DNA of 24,000 bases from Miltoncostaeaceae bacterium (GTDB taxonomy: Bacteria; Actinomycetota; Thermoleophilia; Miltoncostaeales; Miltoncostaeaceae), in contig CAVXDY010000007.1 of assembly GCA_963760715.1 (NCBI GenBank), positions 220,968 through 244,967 of the forward strand. Direction: 5' to 3'. Positions 8,295 through 16,868 of this stretch are shown here, in pieces. The number at the start of each line of letters is the position of its first letter. Position 1 is the stretch's first letter. Under the pieces are notes generated by a model, which saw only the letters and a program-made list of their open reading frames with translations, was not told where the DNA came from and made no database searches. The position numbers were made by a program, and so were the translations under genes.

Positions 8295-9364
8295 CTCGTC
8301 TCCCCGTCCTCTTTGCCGCCGCCGGCGAGCTCGACCTCGCCCGCGGAGAAGAAATGGAAGCGGCCCGTCTCGCGCATCAGCTCCTGCCCCGGGTCGTCGT
8401 CGATCGTGACCCCGAGATGAACCCTGTCGTCGTAGTCGATGTAGATCCGCTCGAGCGTCGCCGTGCGGCCGTCGAGCATCCGGTCGTAGGTGTCGATCCG
8501 GCCCGCGAGCCGCAGCACCAGCCGGTCGCCGAGCCGGAAGGTGCGCCCGTCGATCGTCGTCTCGAGCTCGGTCGCCGGCTTCTCGCGCGGCCGCGGCGGC
8601 ACGGGCGGCTGGTCGGCCGGCCGCATCAGGCCGTGCAGCCGGACGATGTCCTCGGGCGTCGAGGCGAGCGCGCGCTCGACCATCTCCCGCACGGCCGGGT
8701 CGCCCGCCGCGATCTCCTCGCGCTCCGCGTCGGAGAGGGCGTGCACGTGGAGCAGGAGCGCCTCCTCGATCTCGGTCGCGTCGAAGAGGCTCCCGCGGCT
8801 CTCGGGCGCGAGCTGGGGGTGATCGGGCAGCACGATCGCGGCGCCGAGCATGACGGTGTCGTCCGGAGCCGCGAGCACGGGCCACGTGTTGACGTTGTCG
8901 CACAGCGGGGTCTCCAGCGGGGAGACGAACGTGCCGCCGCGGACGCGCAGCAGCGGGTGGGTCGAGATCAGGGAGTGCTCGAGCGCCTCGGCGCGGGTGC
9001 CGCCGGCGAACGGCGTCCGGTTCACGATCGCCAGCGTCACGCGGTGGAGGCCGGGCTCCACCACCTCGACCTCCAGCGTGGTGTCGCCCTGCAGCGGCGG
9101 CAGGTCGATCCCGCCGACGCCGACCCGCCGCTCGACCGCCCGGTGTCGTTCGCCGCTCGCCTGCAGGAAGCGCACCTCGACGTCGATGCGCGGGTCCTCG
9201 CCGCGGACGAGGCACTCCAGCCGGAGGTGATCGAACCCGTACTCGTAGCCGGCCGGATAGACGATCCCGAAGGGCGTCGGGGTCGCGTTCTTGTGTGCTC
9301 CCGGCGTGTAGGGGTAGAGGGCGTAGCCCTCGTGGAGCAGGGAGTCGACCAGCTCCTCGATCAC
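8291..9364 (-). CDS. Conserved hypothetical protein (357 aa), hydrogenase-cluster associated, function unknown
   Basis: GTG 9364 overlaps the upstream stop (GTGA). Coding-type third-position G/C bias is strong and the composition is non-repetitive (VIEELVDSLLHEGYALYPYTPGAHKN...RFHFFSAGEVELAGG). I recognise no domain. Confidence 0.7.
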   Translation of the reverse strand: MIEELVDSLLHEGYALYPYTPGAHKNATPTPFGIVYPAGYEYGFDHLRLECLVRGEDPRIDVEVRFLQASGERHRAVERRVGVGGIDLPPLQGDTTLEVEVVEPGLHRVTLAIVNRTPFAGGTRAEALEHSLISTHPLLRVRGGTFVSPLETPLCDNVNTWPVLAAPDDTVMLGAAIVLPDHPQLAPESRGSLFDATEIEEALLLHVHALSDAEREEIAAGDPAVREMVERALASTPEDIVRLHGLMRPADQPPVPPRPREKPATELETTIDGRTFRLGDRLVLRLAGRIDTYDRMLDGRTATLERIYIDYDDRVHLGVTIDDDPGQELMRETGRFHFFSAGEVELAGGGKEDGETR

Positions 9365-10026
9365 TCCGCACCCCCGAGCAGCTCGGTCACGGCCGCGTCG
9401 AAGGTCGGAAGGCCGCTCTCGGCCTTGCGCAGCCGCAGCCGCCGCAGCGTGTCCTCGTTCACCCGGATCCAGCCGCCGCCCGGGTAGTGCCGGTCGATCA
9501 TCCGGCGCCACGTCGCCACCGGCAGGCGGAACGCCGCCGAGACCCAGGGGACCATCACGACCTGCAGCCGCCCGTCCTCGCCGCGGTAGAAGATCCGGCC
9601 GCTGAAGTGGAAGCTGAGCGGGACCTCCCCGTCCGGCAGCGCGTGGAAGTACTTCGTCGAGGCCACCTCGAGGTCGTAGTTGCACGCCACCGGGAGGGTG
9701 AACTCGGTCGTGCCGGTGAAGGACGGGACGAGCACGTTGACCTGCGTCAGGACGATGCTCGTCGTCGTGGCCGCCCAGCGCCCGGGCTCCCCGAAGAGAT
9801 CGACGAGGAGCTCACGCGTCTCGTCGTCGTGGGAGCGGAGCCCGGGATCGATGTGGATCAGGGTCGAGAGGGCGACCATGTACACCTCGCGGCCGGTGGG
9901 CTCGCCCGCACGCAGCGTGAAGTGGAGCGTCGGCGCCGCGACGTTCAGCGCCGCGGCGGCGCCGACGACCTCGAGATCCAGCGCGGGCGCCGGCAGGACG
10001 GGGGCCTCGTCGAGCTGCTCCCTCAC
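9361..10026 (-). CDS. Conserved hypothetical protein (221 aa), possibly DUF6084-like
   Basis: GTG 10026 overlaps the upstream stop (GTGA). The sequence looks beta-rich (..LHFTLRAGEPTGREVYMVALSTLIHIDP...EFTLPVACNYDLEVASTKYFHAL...) and has no metal-binding cysteine motif. The DUF assignment is from memory and unverified. Confidence 0.7.
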   Translation of the reverse strand: MREQLDEAPVLPAPALDLEVVGAAAALNVAAPTLHFTLRAGEPTGREVYMVALSTLIHIDPGLRSHDDETRELLVDLFGEPGRWAATTTSIVLTQVNVLVPSFTGTTEFTLPVACNYDLEVASTKYFHALPDGEVPLSFHFSGRIFYRGEDGRLQVVMVPWVSAAFRLPVATWRRMIDRHYPGGGWIRVNEDTLRRLRLRKAESGLPTFDAAVTELLGGAE

Positions 10027-10652
10027 GCCGCCCTCTCCCGCAGCTCCGCGAAGAAGCCCGCCACGGCGGTCTCGATCTGCGGCCCGCCCGAGATCCCCTG
10101 CCAGTTCACCCGCACGAGGCCGACGAGCCGGTAGCACTCGTCGATCGGGGCGATCGCGTGCTGCCGCGCGCCGCCCAGCCGGTTGACGATCACGGCCTCG
10201 ACGTCGGTCTCGAGCCCCTCCAGCACGGGATTCGCGGCGACGAGCGCGTCCCAGGGGCCGAGGTCGAGCTCGCTCTCGGTGGTCCCGGCCGGGCTCGGGT
10301 ACATGGCGACGACACCGCCGGCGGTGCTGCTGCGGAAGAAGAACACCAGCCCGATCGGGATCCGAAAGGACGCCCACAGCTCATCCGAGAGCTCGAACCC
10401 GTCCAGCCAGGCCGTTCGCGAGCCGGCCGGCCGGTACGGCCCGTCGCCGGCGAAGAGCGCGCGGCAGGTCTCGCACGTGCAGACGATCCGCCGCTCCTCG
10501 ACGTGGAGCATGTGGCGGTGGTCGGCCGGGATCGACACCGCGCAGAGGTCGCAGCGCTCCTCCGGCGCGGCGGGGGGCTCGTCGACCCGCCGGTCCACCA
10601 TGTTCCGATTGGCCAGGCGGCGCAGCTCACGGATCGCGCTGCCCTCGATCAC
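10023..10652 (-). CDS. Conserved hypothetical Cys-cluster protein (209 aa), possibly DUF5947-like
   Basis: GTG 10652 overlaps the upstream stop (GTGA). The N-terminal region carries CDLC-x20-CTCETC plus HRHMLH. The DUF assignment is from memory and unverified. Confidence 0.7.
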   Translation of the reverse strand: MIEGSAIRELRRLANRNMVDRRVDEPPAAPEERCDLCAVSIPADHRHMLHVEERRIVCTCETCRALFAGDGPYRPAGSRTAWLDGFELSDELWASFRIPIGLVFFFRSSTAGGVVAMYPSPAGTTESELDLGPWDALVAANPVLEGLETDVEAVIVNRLGGARQHAIAPIDECYRLVGLVRVNWQGISGGPQIETAVAGFFAELRERAA

Positions 10653-11494
10653 GAGACCGCGACCCTGACGTGCCCGACATCCTCGAGCAGCGGCACCGGC
10701 GCGAGCTGGAGGTCCTCCCCGACCGCGCGACCCGCGAGCGGCAGCTCGAAGCGGCGCCCGCAACCCGCGCAGGTGAGCAGACCGCCGTCCAGCTCGGCGC
10801 GGTGGAGCGGCGCCCCGCAGCCGGCGCAGGCGTTCCGGTAGGCGAGCAGCGTTCCGCCGACGTTCGCCACGAGGAGCGGCACGACGCCCACCTGCGCCTG
10901 CGTCATCTCTCCGGTCCCGAGCCCCGCGACGCCCGCCAGCTCCACCCATCTCGGCTGGACGGCCGACTCCGGCGCGGGGGCGGTCGTGCCCGAGAGCGGG
11001 ACCGGTTTCGCCCGCTTCGCCTCCACGACGCCTTCGACCTCGATCCCGTCGAGGTCCGGCGCGGCCTCGTCGAGGGCCTCCCTGATGGCGAGCTCCAGCG
11101 TCGACGCCGAGGCGGGACAGCCGTCACAGCTTCCGCGCAGGCGCAGGTGGGCGATCCCGCCCTCGAGCCTGACGAGCTCCACGCCGCCGCCGTGCGATTC
11201 CATGTACGGCCGCACGCTCTCCAGCGCGGCCTCCACCCGTTCGGCGATCGGCACCGGGTAGAGGCCGTGGATCAGGAGCAGGGAGGCGACGACGCCGTCC
11301 CGCGCGAGGCCGTCCCGGACCTCGGGCGCCGCATCGAGGGCGTGGACGATCCGCTCCAGCCCCTCGCCGTAGAGCTCGAGCATCGTGCCGACCAGCTCCT
11401 CGGCCAGCTCCCGCGCCTCGACGTCGTCGATCGAGTCGAGGCGCGCGATCAGGTTCTGGAACCGCTCGAGCGCGGGCGCCGGGGCGACCGCCAT
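10649..11494 (-). CDS. NifU-like Fe-S domain fused to a Rieske-fold-like C-terminal domain (HhyE-like hydrogenase-associated protein)
   Basis: 281 aa. The ATG at 11492-11494 abuts the large-subunit stop codon. The central NifU C-terminal-type motif is VRPYMESHGGGVELV...GSCDGCPAS. The C-terminal ~100 aa follow the Rieske/NirD pattern but carry CAGC...CAGC. Confidence 0.8.
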   Translation of the reverse strand: MAVAPAPALERFQNLIARLDSIDDVEARELAEELVGTMLELYGEGLERIVHALDAAPEVRDGLARDGVVASLLLIHGLYPVPIAERVEAALESVRPYMESHGGGVELVRLEGGIAHLRLRGSCDGCPASASTLELAIREALDEAAPDLDGIEVEGVVEAKRAKPVPLSGTTAPAPESAVQPRWVELAGVAGLGTGEMTQAQVGVVPLLVANVGGTLLAYRNACAGCGAPLHRAELDGGLLTCAGCGRRFELPLAGRAVGEDLQLAPVPLLEDVGHVRVAVS

Positions 11495-13276
11495 CTAGCC
11501 CATTCCCGTCGGCGTGTGGAGCACCTTCTTGACGCGGCCCTTGCCGAGGTACATGTGCACGCCGCACGGAAGGCACGGGTCGAAGCTCCGCACCGCCCGC
11601 ATGATGTCGATCCCCTTGAAGTTCTCCGGCCCGTTCTCCTCGAAGATCGGCGTGTTCTGCACCGCGTCCTCGTAGGGGCCCGGGGTGCCGTGGCTGTCAC
11701 GCGGGCTCGCGTTCCACGGCGTCGGCGGGTAGGGCTGGTAGTTCGCGATCTTCCCGTCCCTGATCACCATGTGATGGGAGATGACGCCGCGCGCCGCCTC
11801 GTGGAAGCCGACGCTGATGGCCTCCTCCGGCACCTTGAAGTTCTTCCAGCTCTTCGTCCGGCCGGCCCGCACCTCGACCAGCGCCTTCTCGAGGTTGTAG
11901 AGGCCGACCAGCGCCGAGTAGGCCTGGTGGTAGGAGCGGGCCCGGTCGCGCTCGATCGCGTTCGACCACTGCGGCACCTTCCACTCGAGCTCCATCTCGG
12001 GCATGCTCGCCGTCTTCGGCAGCGTCATCAGGATGCTCTCGCCCGTCGCCTTGAGGTAGCCCAGGTTGACGAGGCCGGCCTTCGCGGTCACCCACTGGCG
12101 CGCGAACGGGCCGCCGCCGGTGTCGCAGCTCACGTAGGTGCCGGTCCGCTTGTCGTAGATCCGCGGCGAGGTGACCCAGCTGTACTTGTCCGTGAAGTCG
12201 CGCGCCTGCGGCTTCGGGATCGTCGTCTTGTTCCAGGGGTGGTCCTTGTCGATCGGGTTCCCGAGGGGGTCCTCCGTCACCCAGGTGCGCTCGTTCTCCC
12301 AGCTGTCGAAGTACGAGCTGCCGAGCAGGATCCTGATCATCCCGTTGATCTCGACGAGGTCGGTGGTCACGAGCTCGCCGTTGATCGCGATCCCGGGGGT
12401 GATGAAGCGCCGGTTGCCCCACGCGGTCATCGTCCGGTAGTCGTAGTCGACGACGTCCGGATCGTCGAACGCGCCCCAGCAGACGAGGTTCGTGTCGCGA
12501 TAGCCGACCTTCTCGTAGCCTGGGAGCGCGTCGTAGAAGAAGTCGTAGAGGTCGTCGTGCATCGGCACGGTGCGCTTGACGTACTCGAAGTAGCGCATCA
12601 GGCGGACGTAGTAGTCGGTCATCGTCTGGTGCGTGATGTTGGCGCTGCAGCCGCCCGGCATGATGGTCGAGGGGTGCGTGTGGCGCCCGCCGAAGAGGCA
12701 GTACATCTCGCGCGTGTACCGGGCCACGTGCAGCGTCTCGAGGTAGAACTCGCCGGTGAAGGGGTTGAGCGCCCGCATGATGTCGGCGATCGTCCGGTAG
12801 CCGTGGATCGAGGCGTGCTCGGCCGAGGTCTTCTCCGCCTTCGCGAGGACGCTCGGGTTGGTCTCCTTGACCATCTGCTCGCAGAAGTCCACGTTCGCCA
12901 TGCAGTCGTTGAAGATCGCGTGGTCGAACATGTAGTCGGCGGACTCGGCCAGGTTGAACGCGTAGTCGCCGAGCTTCGGCGGCTTGACGCCGTAGGCCAT
13001 GTTCTGGTTCAGGCACGAGCAGGTGGCGTGGTTGTCACCGCAGATCCCGCAGATCCGGCTCGTGATGAAATGGGCGTCGCGCGGGTCGATCCCCTTCATG
13101 AAGATGTCGAAGCCGCGGAAGATCATCGACGTCGAGTAGCACTTGAGGACCTGCTGGTTCGTGAAGTCGATCTCCGTGTGGATCCCGAGGCTTCCGACGA
13201 TGCGGGTGATCGGGTCCCACGACATCTCCTTGACGACGACCTGGCGCTCCTGGGCCGTCCGTTCGGTCGTCGCCAT
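11495..13276 (-). CDS. hhyL: [NiFe]-hydrogenase large subunit, group 1h (group 5, Hhy type)
   Basis: 593 aa with MSWDPITRIVGSLGIHTEIDF, the L1 motif TSRICGICGDNH (13028-13063) and the L2 motif SFDPCLPCGVH (ending at 11555). A 19-aa C-terminal extension follows. Confidence 0.97.
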   Translation of the reverse strand: MATTERTAQERQVVVKEMSWDPITRIVGSLGIHTEIDFTNQQVLKCYSTSMIFRGFDIFMKGIDPRDAHFITSRICGICGDNHATCSCLNQNMAYGVKPPKLGDYAFNLAESADYMFDHAIFNDCMANVDFCEQMVKETNPSVLAKAEKTSAEHASIHGYRTIADIMRALNPFTGEFYLETLHVARYTREMYCLFGGRHTHPSTIMPGGCSANITHQTMTDYYVRLMRYFEYVKRTVPMHDDLYDFFYDALPGYEKVGYRDTNLVCWGAFDDPDVVDYDYRTMTAWGNRRFITPGIAINGELVTTDLVEINGMIRILLGSSYFDSWENERTWVTEDPLGNPIDKDHPWNKTTIPKPQARDFTDKYSWVTSPRIYDKRTGTYVSCDTGGGPFARQWVTAKAGLVNLGYLKATGESILMTLPKTASMPEMELEWKVPQWSNAIERDRARSYHQAYSALVGLYNLEKALVEVRAGRTKSWKNFKVPEEAISVGFHEAARGVISHHMVIRDGKIANYQPYPPTPWNASPRDSHGTPGPYEDAVQNTPIFEENGPENFKGIDIMRAVRSFDPCLPCGVHMYLGKGRVKKVLHTPTGMG

Positions 13277-13277
13277 C

Positions 13278-14378
13278 TCAGGCTCCTTCCCTCGGCGGGG
13301 ACGTCATCCCCCGCGCGTAGTTCCTCGGGCTGTATCCGGTCGTCAGCTCCGGCTTCGGAGACCGCCAGGCCGGTTCGATGTCGTACTTCTTGTTGATGTT
13401 CCGGTGCCGGAAGTGGCGAATGATCGGGCCGTATGTGAACTGGGTGAACCGGGCCGCGACGGCGCCGTAGGCGTCCTCCTCCATGAAGGGCATGAACTTG
13501 TCCGGGAAACCGGGCATCGTGCACGCCATGCAGATCCCGCCGACGTTCGGGCAGCCGCCGATCCCGTTCACCCAACCGCGGATCGGGACGTTGCACTTGG
13601 TGACCGGGCCCTTGCAGCCGAGCTTGACGAGGCAGCGTGGGTCGTCGCCGTACTCGGTCGCGAAGTTGCCCTGCTCCGTGTAGCCGGCCCGGTTGCAGCC
13701 CTCGCGCACCGTCCGCCCGAAGAGCCATTTCGGCCGGAGCTGCTCGTCGAGCTCCGGCGCCGGCGCCAGGCCGCCGAGGTGCAGCACGAGGTAGAGCAGC
13801 ACCTCGGTCATGTTGTCCGGCTGCGCCGGGCACCCCGGGATGCAGACGATCGGGAGGCCGGCCGTGGACCTGAAGTTCCAGCCGAGGTAGTCGGGCAGGC
13901 CCATCGCGCCGGTCGGGTTGTTCTTCATCGCGGGGATGCCGCCGTAGGTGGCGCACGTCCCGATCGCGACCACGGCCGCGGCCTTCGGCGCGAGCCGGTC
14001 GATCCATTCGTTGGTCGTGATCGGCTGGCCGTTCTCCGGGTTGACGCCGATCCCGGCCCAGTGCCCCTCGCCGTTGATCTTCTCGTTCGGGACGGAGCCC
14101 TCGAGGATCAGGACGAACGGGTCGAGCTTGCCGGCCTCGGCGTCGTACCAGGCCTGGAGGAACTCGGCCCCGTTCTCGTAGGCGAGCACCGGCGTGTGGA
14201 TGACCACGCGGGGCATGCCGGGGATGACCCCGAGGATGATGTCCTCGAGCGACGGGTTCGTCGCCGAGGTCATCGCCACGGAATCCCCGTCACAGCCCTG
14301 GCCCGAGGTCATCCAGATCACATGGGCGGTGATGGCCTCCTTCTCGTGCTGACCCGGCACGAACTCAACGGTCCCCAT
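13278..14378 (-). CDS. hhyS: [NiFe]-hydrogenase small subunit, group 1h, no Tat signal
   Basis: 366 aa. ATG 14378 is preceded by ggggagggag. It has GQGCDGDS in place of CxGCxxS, GTCATYGGIP, CIPGCP, and the distal/medial cluster Cys pattern CLVKLGCKGPVTKCNVP...GGCPNVGGICMACTMPGFPD. There is no RRxF motif at the N-terminus. The stop lies 1 nt before the hhyL start. Confidence 0.95.
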   Translation of the reverse strand: MGTVEFVPGQHEKEAITAHVIWMTSGQGCDGDSVAMTSATNPSLEDIILGVIPGMPRVVIHTPVLAYENGAEFLQAWYDAEAGKLDPFVLILEGSVPNEKINGEGHWAGIGVNPENGQPITTNEWIDRLAPKAAAVVAIGTCATYGGIPAMKNNPTGAMGLPDYLGWNFRSTAGLPIVCIPGCPAQPDNMTEVLLYLVLHLGGLAPAPELDEQLRPKWLFGRTVREGCNRAGYTEQGNFATEYGDDPRCLVKLGCKGPVTKCNVPIRGWVNGIGGCPNVGGICMACTMPGFPDKFMPFMEEDAYGAVAARFTQFTYGPIIRHFRHRNINKKYDIEPAWRSPKPELTTGYSPRNYARGMTSPPREGA

Positions 14379-14394
14379 CTGCTCCCTCCCCGAC

Positions 14395-15489
14395 TCAACA
14401 GATCCGCGGCAGCGGGTCGCCCACGAGCTGGTCCATCACTCGCTTGCCCCCGAAGGCCGTCTGCACCAGCACCATCCCGGGTGGTTCCGTCCGCACCTCT
14501 CCGATCTCGCTCGCGCGCTCGCCTCCCGGCGTCGCCCGCATCGCCTCCAGGGCGGCCTCGGCCGCCTCGGGCGCGACCGCGGCCACCAGCACCCCCTCGT
14601 TCGCGACGTACATGGGGTCGATGCCCAGGATCTCGGCGGCTCCCCGCACCGCCGGCTCCACCGGGACGTCGCCCTCGCGCACGATCATCGCCACGCCGGA
14701 GGCGCGCGCCAGCTCGTTCAGCACCGACGCCGCGCCGCCCCTGGTCGCGTCGCGCAGGCAGCGCAGCCCCGGCCCCGCGGCGTCCATCATCGCGTTGACC
14801 ATGGGCCACAGCGACCGCGTGTCGGAGACGATGTCCGCGTCGAGCTCGAACTCGCCACGGGCCAGCATGATCGCCATGCCGTGGCTGCCCACGGGCCCGG
14901 ACACCAGGATCCGGTCGCCCGGCCGCAGCGCGTCCGGTGACAGGCTCGCGCGCGGGTCGACGTGCCCGAGGCCCGCCGTGGTGACGTACATCCCGTCCGC
15001 GTGGCCGCGCTCCACCACCTTGGTGTCCCCGGCCACCACCGACACGCCGGCCGCGGCCGCGGCCGCGGCGATCGCGTCGACCTCGGCCCGCAGGTCCTCG
15101 GCGGCCAGGCCCTCCTCCAGCACGAGCGCCAGGGTGAGCGCCACGGGGCGGGCCCCGGCCACGGCGAGGTCGTTCACCGTGCCGTTGACCGCCAGGTCGC
15201 CGATCGACCCGCCGGGGAAGCGCAGCGGCGTCACCACGAAGCTGTCGGTGGTGATCGCCAGCTCGGCGCCGCCCACCGACAGCAGCGCCGCGTCGCCGAG
15301 GGCGGCCGGGTCCGGCGCGCCGAGGGCGGGCACCAGCATCCCCTCGATCAGCGTCTGGCTCGCGCGGCCGCCCGCGCCGTGGGCCATGGTGATGCGCGGG
15401 TCGCGGAACCTCGCCCGCTTGGCGCGCGCCGTCTCGATGCGGTCGAGGACCACCTGCTCGCGGTCGGAGACGGCGCTGCGCTCGGCCAT
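14395..15489 (-). CDS. hypE: Hydrogenase maturation protein HypE
   Basis: 364 aa with ITMAHGAGGRAS, the AIR-synthase-like fold pattern and the diagnostic C-terminal PRIC. Its stop is 16 nt upstream of hhyS. Confidence 0.95.
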   Translation of the reverse strand: MAERSAVSDREQVVLDRIETARAKRARFRDPRITMAHGAGGRASQTLIEGMLVPALGAPDPAALGDAALLSVGGAELAITTDSFVVTPLRFPGGSIGDLAVNGTVNDLAVAGARPVALTLALVLEEGLAAEDLRAEVDAIAAAAAAAGVSVVAGDTKVVERGHADGMYVTTAGLGHVDPRASLSPDALRPGDRILVSGPVGSHGMAIMLARGEFELDADIVSDTRSLWPMVNAMMDAAGPGLRCLRDATRGGAASVLNELARASGVAMIVREGDVPVEPAVRGAAEILGIDPMYVANEGVLVAAVAPEAAEAALEAMRATPGGERASEIGEVRTEPPGMVLVQTAFGGKRVMDQLVGDPLPRIC

Positions 15490-15492
15490 GAC

Positions 15493-16608
15493 TCAGACGA
15501 CCTCCCGCTCGCGCGCGAAGCGGCCGTAGTTGTAGTAGGCCGCGCAGGCGCCCTCGGAGGACACCATGCAGGTGCCGATCGGGCGCTCCGGCGTGCAGGC
15601 CGTGCCGAAGACCTTGCACTCCCAGGGCTTGATCACGCCCTTCAGCACCTCGCCGCACTGGCAGGCCTTGGGGTCGGCCACGCGCACGCCGGGCACCGAG
15701 AAGCGCCGCTCGGCGTCGAGGTCCGCGTAGGCGTCGGACAGGCGCAGGGCGCTCTGCGAGATGAAGCCCAGCCCGCGCCACTCGAAGTGCGGCCGCAGCG
15801 CGAAGACCTCGGCCAGCACCGCCAGCGCCGTCGCGTTGCCCTCCCAGGGGACGACCCGCGTGTACTGGTTCTCCACCTCGCAGCGGCCCGCCGCGAGCTG
15901 GCGCAGGATCATGTGGATCGCCTGGAGGATGTCGAGCGGCTCGAAGCCGGCGATCACCACCGGCTTGCCGTAGTCGGCCGGGATGAACTCGAAGGGCCGC
16001 GCGCCGACCACCGTCGAGACGTGCCCCGGCCCCACGAAGCCGTCGAGGCGCAGGTCCGGGCTCTCCAGCAGGGCCCGCAGCGGCGGCACGATCAGCACGT
16101 GGTTGCACATGCACGAGAAGTTGCGGATGCCCTCGGCCTTGGCGCGCCTCAGCGTGAGCGCGGTGGAGGGGGCGGTGGTCTCGAAGCCGATCGCGAAGAA
16201 CACCACCTCGCGGTCCGGGTTCTCACGCGCGATGCGCAGCGCGTCGAGCGGCGAGTAGACCATCCGCACGTCGGCGCCCTCGGCCTTGGCCTCCAGCAGG
16301 CTGCCCTCGGCCCCCGGCACGCGCATCATGTCGCCGAAGCAGGTGAAGATGACCCCGGGCTCGCGGGCGATGGCGATGCCGTCGTCCACACGCCCCATCG
16401 GGATCACGCACACCGGGCACCCCGGGCCGTGCACCAGCTCCACGTTGGCCGGCAGGAGGTCGTCGACCCCGTACTTGTAGATCGAGTGGGTGTGGCCGCC
16501 GCACACCTCCATCACCTTGTAGTGGCGGCCGGGCTCGACGGCCGACAGGATCTCGCCGGCCAGGGCGCGTCCCAGGCCGGGGTCCCGGAACTCCTCCACG
16601 AACCTCAT
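15493..16608 (-). CDS. hypD: Hydrogenase maturation protein HypD
   Basis: 371 aa with MRFVEEFRD, MEVCGGHTH, GPGCPVCV, GFETTAP and the C-terminal Cys-rich region. The ATG overlaps the upstream stop (ATGA). Confidence 0.96.
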   Translation of the reverse strand: MRFVEEFRDPGLGRALAGEILSAVEPGRHYKVMEVCGGHTHSIYKYGVDDLLPANVELVHGPGCPVCVIPMGRVDDGIAIAREPGVIFTCFGDMMRVPGAEGSLLEAKAEGADVRMVYSPLDALRIARENPDREVVFFAIGFETTAPSTALTLRRAKAEGIRNFSCMCNHVLIVPPLRALLESPDLRLDGFVGPGHVSTVVGARPFEFIPADYGKPVVIAGFEPLDILQAIHMILRQLAAGRCEVENQYTRVVPWEGNATALAVLAEVFALRPHFEWRGLGFISQSALRLSDAYADLDAERRFSVPGVRVADPKACQCGEVLKGVIKPWECKVFGTACTPERPIGTCMVSSEGACAAYYNYGRFAREREVV

Positions 16609-16850
16609 GGCGCCACCGCCGCGCGCTCGAGGCGGACCAGCGCGACGCCCGCGTGGACCAGCAGCGCATCCCCCGGCGTCACCGGCCCCACCAGGGCGGC
16701 GTCCACCGCGCCCCGCACGCCGGCGGGATCGACGCAGTCCACCAGGCCGTCCTCACCCAAGCCGACGACCCGCACCTCCACCCCCTCGTCCGCGCAGGTG
16801 ACACATCCATGGTCGGTGGAGCAGAAGGTGGGAGGGCCCTCGGTGGCCAT
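16605..16850 (-). CDS. Atypical HypC/HupF-family chaperone-like protein (no N-terminal Cys1)
   Basis: 81 aa: MATEGPPTFCSTDHGCVTCADEGVEVRVVGLGEDGLVDCVD...GDALLVHAGVALVRL. The OB-fold-like body resembles HypC, but the Cys residues are internal (C10, C16, C19). The RBS is weak. Confidence 0.7.
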   Translation of the reverse strand: MATEGPPTFCSTDHGCVTCADEGVEVRVVGLGEDGLVDCVDPAGVRGAVDAALVGPVTPGDALLVHAGVALVRLERAAVAP

Positions 16851-16868
16851 GGCTACATCAGCATCCGA

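Noticed and set aside
10670-13396. 908-aa plus-strand ORF
   Set aside because: It is antisense to hhyL and the NifU-like gene, both of which carry unambiguous motifs. It is a shadow ORF.
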